Source: Eimeria praecox (taxonomy: Eukaryota). Taken from it: DNA of 64,000 nt. The translations under genes were made by a program, and so were the position numbers. Numbering within the stretch: position 1 is the stretch's first letter; each line of letters starts with the position of its first letter. Of this stretch, positions 12,259-22,873 are shown in pieces. The DNA is taken from positions 4,154,001 through 4,218,000 of the forward strand of contig OY986947.1 of the NCBI GenBank assembly GCA_963920595.1, written 5' to 3'. Under the pieces are notes generated by a model that saw only the letters and a list, made by a program, of their open reading frames with translations, made no database searches and was not told where the DNA came from.

Positions 12259-12331
12259 AGCCGACGACGGGGCTCGAACCCGCGACCACGAGGTTAAGAG
12301 CCTCGCGCTCTACCGACTGAGCTACATCGGC
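12259..12331 (-). tRNA. tRNA-Lys (CTT)
   Basis: Identical 73-nt sequence on the minus strand. Confidence 0.97.
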
Positions 12332-13849
12332 GATGGGGTGGGTTGCAATAGCCTAAACGCAAAATCCTAAACCTAAATCCCTATGTCTTAAGCCCGAAAC
12401 CCTAGACCCCAGTGTGCAAGCTCTGAGGCTTAGAGATGCGCCAAAGTACTGGTTCCTGATAATAGCAGAAATACGTCAAAGGCGAGTTTGCAGAGGAAAT
12501 CGTGGCTACCCCCCTTTGCCGCTGCCGGCCTAAGCTGCTGTGGCTGCTACATGCAAGAGGTGTAATGTGATCGAACCTCCCAGCTCTTCCCACCACAGCA
12601 CTGCCAACCCAGGAGGGCAATGTTGTTAGGGTCTATAGCTGGGGCCCGATGGCAGGGGCTTGTGTCGTTTGCTCTTGACGAGCAATTTGATTGTAGGGTG
12701 AGCTGCGGAGATTAGGAGAGGACCGTGCAGAGCTACAATATAGCCAAACACTCAAATAACTGCTTCCAAAGGGCAGCTTGTAGCTATGTCCACATCAAGT
12801 ACATCCATGCATTTCTGTCTGCTCCTAGGCTGGCTACTGAGGCTCACGCACGTTAAGAGATTCGCTGCAGTGTTAACGCATGTATCAAAACGAGATTTCT
12901 CGCCCGTGGGGTTGAAGCATTGGCCGGATAGTGAAGGCCTGTTAAGTGATGTAGATCCTCGATCATAGCTGAGGACTGGCCAGTGTTGCAATTGTGCCAA
13001 AAAGTTAAGAATAGAGCTCCCCAAGGGCGGCTGGCGTTTACTGCTGCTTTCAGGGATCCGCCGGTCAGCGACCGAAAACTGCGGGCCAGATGAAGACACG
13101 GACCGGTCTGACATGAGCGGCAGCCTACCTTGCTGCAGCTAGTGCTGCAACGCGGCCCCGCGTGCATGCACAAGCAATGCCCACTTGTCTACAAGAGCTA
13201 ACATTGTTGACTGTACTATAGACAGTAGTTGAAGATTTCCTTGGGCTTCCCTCCATAGCCACCCTGTGAACAAGTTGATGCGCCTATGCCAACAGCACGC
13301 AGGCCATACTACACCTGTTCTCCCTCTCCCCGTATGCCTTGCCGTCCGTGCGAAGAAAAAAGAAAAATGGCAAGAACGAGAGGGGGGGCCTCCATATGGG
13401 AATGCTGCTACGCTGTGCTGGTGGCGCTTGTGACCAGCAGCTCGTGACCGCCAACTCCTCAAGTGGCGTGGCCACCGCGCTTCTTCCGATTTAGCACAAA
13501 AGCGCCGTTTGGTGGGGTGAAGCTTCTGATGCAAGCACCATAGCCAAGAGGAAAATCTGTAGGAGTCTGCTGCCACGGCACTGCAGCCGGGAGAGCACTG
13601 GCGAGGCGGGCCAGATCCAAAGGCCGCACGAAAAAAATGAACCTTCTGTTGACCGGGGTGCCCAGGTGACCAGCTCACATAACTACAATTAGTGCATGAG
13701 CTTTAGATCACGGGGAAGAAAGCCAAGCTTACGATAGCACGTAGATACGTTTATAAGATCTTTGTTCTACTCGCAACCGTGCAACAGCCTCAATCCGCTG
13801 AAGGACGACCAATGTTTGAGCTGCGCTGCGCTTATCCACGCTTTCAGTC

Positions 13850-14145
13850 GCAGTCGGTGAAAGGAAAAGGGGATTCAGTTGCTTTTGAGGAAAGTCTTTG
13901 TGCAAGCGATCCTCAGAACCCCACCCATTGTGTCTATGCCCTTGCCATTCGACGTAGTTTCCTCGTCTTCTCGGACTTCTTCGAGTTGTCACAAGAGTTT
14001 CCAAGATTTAAGTATTCTCCATTTGTTCCTTCTCGCCATTGCGTTGCTGCCGTTTTGTTTAGAGAGTGCAGAGAAGCCTCGGTCGTCCGTTAAGCCCTTT
14101 GAAGAAACCAACATTGGTAGTATGATGATTTTTAGTGGGAGCCAC
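13850..14145 (-). mobile_element. Chromovirus-like integrase C-terminus plus chromodomain remnant in the palindrome spacer
   Basis: LPLKI/HHTTNVGFFKGL resembles LP..KIHPxFxVSxLKP. It is followed by ILETLVTTRRSPRRRGNYVEWQGHRHNGWGSEDRLHKDFPQ, a chromodomain pattern (Y.V.W.G...W..E..L). Confidence 0.55.
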
Positions 14146-14788
14146 CTCGGCCGCCCGTTCTCCTGCGGGTTTCGAAGAGCGTGGGAGTCCACTTGAGTCA
14201 AGCTGCCTGCGCTGAGGGTTACTTCTGAACAACCTTACTGTAAGCTGAAGACCTGCTGCTACTGCTACTGGCTGCTGTTGCCGATCGTAGGCATGTGGGG
14301 CAGAGTCACGCGCATACGCAGTGGAGTGCTGCTGCTAAGGCAGCATACAGATCCCTCTTGCTGTTTCTCCTGCAGCTGGTGGCATTTCCGGGATTAGTGC
14401 CTTGCTTTTCAGCCCTAGTGCAGAACCTACCAACCCCTTATAGCAGTTCCTGCTGATGCTCGTCCTGCTGCTACGGAGACGGAAACGGTACTGTGGGCCC
14501 CCCACTCTACTGCAGCTCCTGATAGCAGAGGCGTAGCGCATGCAACACCAACTTCTGTTGCCGCTGCTGTTCTTGCTATTAGTCTCGCGCTCGCTCCTGG
14601 TGACTTGTACTCTGATGGACAGCGACAACAGCTGATGTCGTTGCTGCTGGTTGCCTGGCCGAGACCGTTAGCAGCAGCCTTCCTGCTGCAGTGGCAGCAT
14701 AAAACCTCCCAGAACGTGGGATTTTGGGGTTATTGGCAGATGCTACTGAGCAAAGGCTAAGGCAGCCGCGCAAAAAACCGTTGGAAAA

Positions 14789-14861
14789 AGCCGACGACGG
14801 GGCTCGAACCCGCGACCACGAGGTTAAGAGCCTCGCGCTCTACCGACTGAGCTACATCGGC
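14789..14861 (-). tRNA. tRNA-Lys (CTT), unpaired copy in the spacer
   Basis: Identical sequence; followed by T5 and T6 runs (Pol III terminator-like). Confidence 0.97.
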
Positions 14862-15155
14862 GGTGAAGCCGACCTCGAATTTCTAAATGCAACACCCCAT
14901 AGAACGGACTCTAAACCTAACAGTAACGGTCGAACGAATCGCATCTGGTAATGCTAGATATCTTTTAAAGGCCATTTTATGGAGAGACAATTGGCTGCTG
15001 CGCTTTGCCCCTGCCCTCCTACTCTGCAGCTGTTGCTCCTGCACTCAAAAGGTTTGTCTCGCTGCCGCGGGTTTGACGCAATGGAGTGCTTAGGCCACAG
15101 GGTTTTAGGTTTAGGTTTAGGATTTTGCGTTTAGGCTATTGCAACCCACCCCATC

Positions 15156-15228
15156 GCCGATGTAGCTCAGTCGGTAGAGCGCGAGGCTCTTAACCTCGTG
15201 GTCGCGGGTTCGAGCCCCGTCGTCGGCT
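15156..15228 (+). tRNA. tRNA-Lys (CTT)
   Basis: Identical sequence; mirror of 12259-12331. Confidence 0.97.
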
Positions 15229-16239
15229 GTTCCATCAAAGCTTGTCCATGTTTCGGGCTTCTTAATTCAATATCACCTGTCAGGGTCCCCCAAACCTTAT
15301 GCCCAGAACGTCTTTAAGTTGTTGTTGCTGCAGAAAGGCAGCTGTTAGGCCCTTCAGGCAACCAGCAGCAGCAGCACGTTGCAGGAGCAACAGGTGTTGC
15401 TGCTGTTGCCCAGACTCGCGGCATTTTTGAGGGGAAGCGAGGGTAAATGCATCGACAAATGCAGCAGGAGAAACAGTTGGTGGTGCTTCTGTGTGAGCTG
15501 CACTATTTGCACTTGGTGCTGCAAAGGAGCAGGATACCGCACGGTTGAAATGTTTTTTCCTCAACACGACCTGCAGAATTTTGGGGAGTTCAGCTACAAG
15601 GCTGCAGGATACACAGCAGCAATCCCACAAGCAGCAAGATTATCGGGAAGCAGCAGAGAGCATCTGCCTGCTGTCTTCGCAGCAGCACTCCATTGCTTCT
15701 GTGCATGACTCTGGCTCTGACAGATACCCCGACTCGGCAGTAGCAGCAGCAACAGGGAAGAAAAGACCTATGAAATCATGCCTCGTCGACCTGAAGCACA
15801 ACGACGCTAAAGCTTTAGCTGTGTCTCTCCGTGGCGCTCGTCTCCCACCAGTGAAACGTCCCCCGCTTGCTGTCTTGCCGCAGTGTTTAGTTGCTATCTG
15901 AAACAGACAGCAACCATAGACTCCTACAAATAGTGACAAGAACCAGCAGCAACAGACGCAGCAGCACGCCTTTAGCGGAGGATGAGCTCTGACTAGCAAA
16001 GGCGATATATTCAACAGCACAATCTGAGTCTTCGGGGACACGGTACCAACAGTATGCGCTCTACTATGAGCAGCAAGAAGTGCTGCATGCACAACAACTG
16101 TAGCTGTAACTGGAACATCAGTAGGTCGATACCAAATGTTTGACGCTGTGCACCCGAAGTGAAGTTAGCCCCTTCAACTTTGACTAAAATACTCTTTCAC
16201 TGCTCTGTCTGAGGGGCTAAGTAGTTATCTAAGTAGCTG

Positions 16240-18090
16240 CCTACTTTGCCTTTGAGACTGGGCTGATGCCCCTTGCACTCGCGTCGTTAGGGTGCCCATC
16301 GGAGGCAGTTCATTGATTGCTTTTGTCTAGACTGAGATGCCCGCACCAAAACGCTGATCTCAACTCACGAAAGGATTATGCGGCCAAAGCAGCCAGCGAT
16401 CAAGCCACTTCAAGGGCTGGGAGCAGACGCATGCCATCATCATCATCAACAGCAGCAGCAGCAAATATGTGCAATATCGGCAGAAGCACAAGCAAAAGCA
16501 GCTCACTTATTCCCTCTCGTCTATTCTGCTTTTCTGTTGTGGCTCTCGGGATATGGCCTCCCTTGTGGCCTCCTGCCTCTTCTTCAGTGAGCCCATCCCT
16601 AATGCGCACCAATGCACACAACGATGTCTGCTGTTTAGGGAGCGTCAGGCGGGCAGAGGCTGCATATTCTGTACGATTTTAGTGCATATATTTCTAGCAC
16701 AGGGGATGATGCCTGGTGAGGGTCAAGAATATCTTGAAATACTGTTCCCATGATTAATTCACGTATTCAAAGGAGACAGTTGCCTGCTTACACATGGGTT
16801 GACGTGCAGCAAGACTTAAAGCAAGCAGTGCTGCAGCCCATGGCCGAATGCGTCCTCACTGAATCAGCCCTAAGTCCTTGTGCTGCTGCATGCGCAAACC
16901 TTGGATACTGAAGGAGAAGCAGACTGATTTCGGAGAACCCGTTGTTATATATTTTGACCCTCTTCCAGCACCCTACAGTCCTGGGCTAAGGCCGAGGATT
17001 GCAGCTAGAGTTAGTGGCACACTGCTCGCATGGTGGTGGTGTTTTTGTTGCTGTCCACGCTGTTTCTACACCAGCTAATGCATGCAATAGAAGCTCTTCT
17101 ACTGGTTTCTTACCGTGCCGCATGCGACAATCCGCCGCAGCTCTGTCTTGCTCGGCATGCCCGAAGAATGTATCCTGGAGAGTACACTCCTGGGATGTCC
17201 TGTATGCTATTTGTGGCCACTTGGGCGAAAAGATCTAAGGTGCATGTAAGAGACGCTAACAGAGTGAAAAATAGACAGGGACTTACTGGGCTGTTGCGTG
17301 TGGCGAAGCGTCCGATAGGGAGACAAACTGGGTTCATGGATCAGCCGCAGCAACAACAGCAGGGCAGGCGAGATTCCCCTGAAAGGGTGGGCTAACGCTC
17401 CCCCTAGAAAGGCCTTTGGGATGCTTCTAGCGTTGCCAGAAGTAAGCACTTTGCTTATCGACATTAGGGCTTGGAGACGGCGTTCTGTGGTGTTGGGTTT
17501 AGGGTTTAGGCTTTTGAGGCGGCGCCGTCGCCGATGTAGCTCAGTCGGTAGAGCGCGAGGCTCTTAACCTCGTGGTCGCGGGTTCGAGCCCCGTCGTCGG
17601 CTTTTCTTCCCCTTCATTTGAGCACCTTCGACACCTGTTGTTGCCTGTTCTCTTCATTTCGTGTACTTCCCGAGGGCTTTACTCTATAGAACCTGCCTGT
17701 AATCCCAAAACCCGAATCCTTGAGAGATTCCCGACCCCTTTGGACCAAGCCTGTGCGCTGCTTGGGCTCGTAAATGCATATGCGGAACTGGAGAGACAAA
17801 TAAATTACGAATTTCTGAGTCAAATCAATGATGAGATGCTAGGTATAAGCATGGATGAAGCGGATCATGGATGAACCGCTTTCGCTTACCGCGGGAATGC
17901 CGCTGATGCATTCTTTCAGTACACTGCCAGTGTGGGGGTGTGCCCGGCTAGAGCGCTTACGTTTTATTGTTTCCGTTTTGTGTGTATTGCGCATTCAGTT
18001 TGCTCCCAAGACACTCAGACCCCTCTGACTCTTGCCAAGCTCAGCATCAGGTTACCGGTTAAGCACTACAGCACGTAAGGTGTTATTCCT
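16240..18090 (+). mobile_element. Mirror copy of degenerate RT/RNase H/integrase fragments, interrupted by a tRNA gene
   Basis: Reverse complement of 9400-11250. Confidence 0.4.
17530..17602 (+). tRNA. tRNA-Lys (CTT)
   Basis: Identical sequence followed by TTTT; mirror of 9885-9957. Confidence 0.97.
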
Positions 18091-19439
18091 TTGTGGCTGA
18101 CGATATCATGCGTATATTCAAGCCACGCCCTCTAAATTACTTGTCCACAAAGCCCATGATTAGTCTTTTTTAAAAAGCCACGGTGACGTTAACGCAAAAG
18201 TGGTGAGGGTTGCCAGGTTGTTCTCAGCCGAGGATATACCCTTAAGCTGATTTCTCCGGACTCTCACCGCTAGCACTGTGAAAGAGTTTCAGATCACGCT
18301 GGGCGAATGCACAACTCCGGCGCCTGAGTAGATATGGACTCTATCTCGATAGATGCCATAGTGAGTTTATTAGCAGTCAGGGAGAGGCTGCAGCAGCATT
18401 CGTGTTGTTGCAGAAGCTAGGAAACATTGCGCACTCCACTCGCAGTTCAAGTTCCGTTGCAGCATAAGGAGTGCGGAAGCTGCACTAGCTCTTCCACAGC
18501 GTCATAAATGACAGGGAATTGAATCTCACTAGCGTGGCCAGGAGCAAACTCATGGCGTTACTCAACACCACTCTTAACAAGAGCACCACAAAGCACCCGG
18601 AAGCTAGCGCTAAGCTAGCGAGCACACACACACACCAAGCAGGGTGCACGGATGGCAACTAGTTGTACTGCTACACATCGAACAGAACTGCCAACCGCAT
18701 ATCCAATTTGCAGCCCGGGCCTGCCTCAGGTCGTCACAACAATTCTCCTTTTCTGCCTCGTGGTTAGGAGACGCCTTTAGATGCTTGAATGCCCACCTAG
18801 GCAAAAAAGCAGTGAACCGCTGCAAGCACGCAAAAACAATGTGAGCTTGATGGAGGTGTCTAGCTGAGCCCTGCCTCAAAGCATGAGAGTAAAAGCGCTG
18901 TCAGCAGCTCCAAGGCAGCAGTAGATGAAGGAGGTAGCGCACTTCACTGTCAGCGCTGGATAACAGGTATATATGTGGAGGAACGGGCTCCCTTGTACGC
19001 ATGACAGAGTAAATGCCAACAGCAAGTTTCACGCGACACAAATTTGTGCTGCTGCGCGCGTGCACAAGCTTGTGCTCCCTCACTAAACGGAGGAGTGCAC
19101 GTAGATGCTCCTAATGAAAAGCTTCGCATAAGCGAGTCTTGGAAATAAATTCGTTTTGTCGGTTTCCTGGGCATTTAACGCACACAATCCCTGTCTGTCT
19201 TTAGGGAGCCGTTTGCTTCTTTATATATGTGTCCAGGATCCCATCCCCTCCATGTCCTCCAGTTCCCAAAGACGGTGCTGCCGGGAAGAGTTGAAGAGCA
19301 TTCCAGAGATTTAGTCACTTTAGGAAACTGGCATTAGTTATGCTGTGTCATCTCCACGCTGGGGATAAACCAGCAATTTAAGCCAATGCGCTGACTCGAA
19401 AACGAACAGCAAGCATCCCTATCCAAGGCATGATGCAGT

Positions 19440-19870
19440 TCGTCTGCTACCTTTCATCAAGCGTGCTCTGCAAAGCTTCCAGATCCTCTAAAACCAGGGC
19501 GGCAAAGTTAAATATAGCATTCGGATGTCGTTCGTCGTAATTGCTCTACACGCGTTCACGCGTTCCAGTGCTTTGTTCATACATCGCGGAGCTGCGGCAA
19601 GCTGTAGCGGCGTGAGAGGCTGGGCGGCTAGATGACGCAAAAGAGCTCCAATGACCGGCCTGACTATGGCGTTTCTGTGTAGACCAGGAACGCTGGAGAA
19701 TTTCGGTTTTGGAGAGTGCACTGTTGTTTATGCATCGATTCCGCAAGAGAAGGGGAATCGAGGGTAGTTCTATGAACTTCGGTGGGTTAAGGGCCCTAAA
19801 TATTGTGCATGCATAATATTAGATCACCCAGTGTGACCGCTAGCCTCCGAGTGATTCGTGGCCATGGCAA
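19440..19870 (-). mobile_element. Mirror copy of degenerate RT fragment
   Basis: ORF 19488..19721 (LHRNAIVRPVIGALLRH...PRCMNKALERV) mirrors 7635..7943. Confidence 0.5.
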
Positions 19871-20526
19871 GAACTCGCACTAGCAGGCGATGACAAGCTT
19901 CGTCTCCCAATTAGTAATGGAGCATTTCGGACAAATATGGAGAATCGAAACGAGAGTAATGCATCATTAGGCCACTCCATCAGATACAGGAGAAACAGCA
20001 GTGGGCACCTGCCTGCTGCCTTGACAGAAGCAGTCCATTTTTTTTGCCGGTGACTCTGACTCTGACAGTTCCCCAAGGTCGGCATCCTCAGCACAGGCAG
20101 CGAAGGAAGAATCTGGGATAGATGCATTAGCAGAGGCAATGCTGCACTAAACAGATGCTCCACCCTCTCCAATTCCCGGTAACGGCGGCACATGACAACA
20201 TGCCAACAGGTCGAGTGCTCCTGCCAAGGCAGCCGGCAGATCCCTGCTGCTACTTCTAGTGAAGTTGATACCGTCGCTGTAGTTGCTGTTGCATGTTCTT
20301 GAACCTTGTTGCGGAACACCTCAAAATCCTTACAGTAGCTATACTGTGAGCGACAGCAGCAGCAGCTTTTTGTTGCTGGATGCTGCTGCTGCTGGCTGGC
20401 GGAGACGCTTAGCTGCAGCTTTCCGGCTGCTGCGGCAAGTTCAAACCCTCACGGCACACAGCGTGCGTGTTACTGGCAAATGCTAATGAGTAAAGGCCCA
20501 TGCAGACGCTCGGATTAGAGGCAAAC

Positions 20527-20599
20527 AGCCGACGACGGGGCTCGAACCCGCGACCACGAGGTTAAGAGCCTCGCGCTCTACCGACTGAGCTACATCGGC
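20527..20599 (-). tRNA. tRNA-Lys (CTT)
   Basis: Identical sequence; mirror of 6916-6988. Confidence 0.97.
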
Positions 20600-22873
20600 G
20601 AATGCACCACGACAAGCAGCACACTGTGCGTTTGCACATGTTGCTGCGGATAGCGGCTCAGAGAAGCATCGAGTGAGGATGCAGATGGGTTGTTGTTCAG
20701 GCACCTGACTAAACTTAGTGGTCACACCAACATGTGGCCTACACAATACCTCCAGCCAGCGTGCTTTTGCTGCTGGTGCTGCAGCAAATTCTGATGCTAC
20801 AACTGCTGCCGTTGCTAGTGATGATGCTAACGATGCTCCTGCTGAAGGTGATAATACTGGTGCTGCTTCTGCTTGCTGTGGTTTCATCGGGTGAACAAAA
20901 GGAGGGACAAACTCACCTCCGGAGGACGTTAAGCTCTAAACCCTAAAACCTATGCCCTTGATCAGCATCGCTTCTGCACTCACTGCCGCAGCAACTGCTG
21001 CTTGTGCTGCTGCTGAGCAGCTTCCGCACCAGAAGAGAACGCCGTAGTTGCACTAACATTTCAAGGAGCGTTAGCCTGCAGAATCCCCCCCGACGGATTC
21101 TGCGAGCCGCAGGCGCTGCCTAGATTGCTCGTGCTGCTGTCCCTGTTGTTGCTGCTGCTGCGGCGCAGATTTTGACGGGGACAGACGTAGCAGCCCAATA
21201 TCTCAATGCGGCAATTCTTGGATGCGGTAGTAGGAGTAGGTGCTGCTGCATCAGGGGCAGCAAGCGTTCATGCACGATAGCTGCGCATCAAGCAGCAGTT
21301 GCAGTAGCAATAGGAGGATTCTCAGGATCTGAGGTTGTGTGCTAAGAGTGTTGCTAACCCATTTAACTTTGCTTGCAGTGTTCCTTCAGTCAGCTGGCCG
21401 TCTGACTGTCTGGCTAGCCAGGCTTCTAGCTGGTTAGCTAGCAAGCTAGTCACTTGGGCACTTTATATGTGGGCAGCTGTCGAGCTGGCCGGCAAGTGTG
21501 AGGAGAGAGGACAAGGTTGCTGGCAGCTCGTCTGCACTGGCCTCTATGGATGCTGCTAGCTAGTTGGCTAGACATATAGCTACCTAGGTGATTAGCTGTA
21601 TTGGCTGCTAGATAGCAGTTTGCTTGGAGGATTCGGTTAGGACTTGGCTAGCTCATGAGCCCTTTCCTGTCCAGTAACAGCAGCAGCAGCAGCAGCAGAA
21701 CCGATTTGTTTGCTGCCGTGGCAGCAGCAGTCTACTCTATTTGTGAGTGACTCAGGCTCGGATAGATCTCTCGTTTCGCCTGCAACAGCAGCAGCAGCAG
21801 CAACAAATCAAGAGGAAGCAGCAAAATCATACATCATGAAGATGAAGCAGCAATATGCAAAAGCTTTGGTTGTATCGCCCCCTGGCCGCCCCCTCCCGCC
21901 TGTGCAGCGCCCTCTCCTCTCTATGCTGCTGCGGTGTTTGGTTGTTCTCTGGCACAAGCAAAAGCTCTAACACCTATGAGCAGCAGCAGCAGCAACAGCA
22001 GCAACAGCAGCAGGCCCGCAGCGGAACATGGGCGTCGGCTTGACTTAGCTACGGCTGCAGACGCGGCAGGGGACTGGAGGTAGCAGCAGCTGCTGCTCCT
22101 GTTTCAGCAGCAAGCAGTGCTTGCACGATAGCTGCAGCAGCAGCAACAGCATCATGATGCGGCTTGTGTACTAGAGTTGAAGCTGACCCGTTCGACTTTG
22201 CTTGGAGTCTTCCTTCAGCCTCCTGTCTCTCTGACTGGCTAGCTAGCTGCGTGGCTGGCTAGCTAGCTGCGTGATTGGCTAGCTAGCTCGCTGGATGGTA
22301 GCTAGGTAGTTAGCTACCTAGCTAGCTGTTGCTCCTGGTAGCTGTACAGGTAGCAGCACCACGGCTCCCTCTAAGGATATAGCTAGCTAGATAGATAGAT
22401 AGATAGCTGGCTGACGGGCTATCTATCTATCTGTCTAGCTATCTGGCTGACGGACTAGCCAGCTGGCCAACTAGCTAGCTAGCTAGCTAGTCAATAGGGA
22501 GGCAATCTGTCTAGCTAGGTAGCTAGCTAGCTAGTAAATAGAGAGGCAATCTGTTCTGCACATCGATCTGGCATTGGGCTAGCTAGCAATTTGAGGGGGC
22601 GGTTTGCTGGGGGCTTTGAGAGCCAGCTAGCTAGCTAGCTAGCTAGCCAGCCAGCTAGGCATCTGATTGAGCGATTGCTCTGCTAGCCAGCCAGCTAGCC
22701 AGCTAGCCAGCTAGCTAGCTAGCTAGCTAGCCGGCTGGGCAGGGGAAATGAAGAATGTGAAGAAAGCTAGGCAGACAGGACGCCTATCTTGCTGAGTGGG
22801 GTTGTGGCTAGCTAGCATCACATTTGGCTAGCTGAGGCGGCACAGCTAGCTAGCAGCAAAGGCAGCTAGCTAG

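Larger units (their letters stand above)
1..12377. repeat. Left arm of ~26-kb inverted duplication (may extend beyond window start)
   Basis: Reverse complement of 15110-~26000. Mirrored ORFs are identical or nearly so (11395..11847+ = 15640..16092-; 8610..8879+ = 18610..18879-; 2070..2540+ ~ 23351..23818-). tRNA coordinates mirror (12259+15228 = 9885+17602 = 27487). Confidence 0.97.

Noticed and set aside
12250..12280. tRNA-Lys primer-binding site of an LTR element
   Set aside because: A PBS would read TGG directly followed by AGCCGACGAC. The copies are full tRNA genes without encoded CCA, and no LTR pair was recognisable.
12750..13680. Gag/protease remnant in the spacer (MLALVDKWA ~ ALVDSGA near 13190, minus strand)
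   Set aside because: Single weak motif needing a frameshift; not enough to call without an HMM search.
6916..20599. Identical 73-bp repeats as a CRISPR array
   Set aside because: They are kilobases apart, on both strands, and fold as canonical tRNA cloverleaves; the context is eukaryotic with no cas genes.
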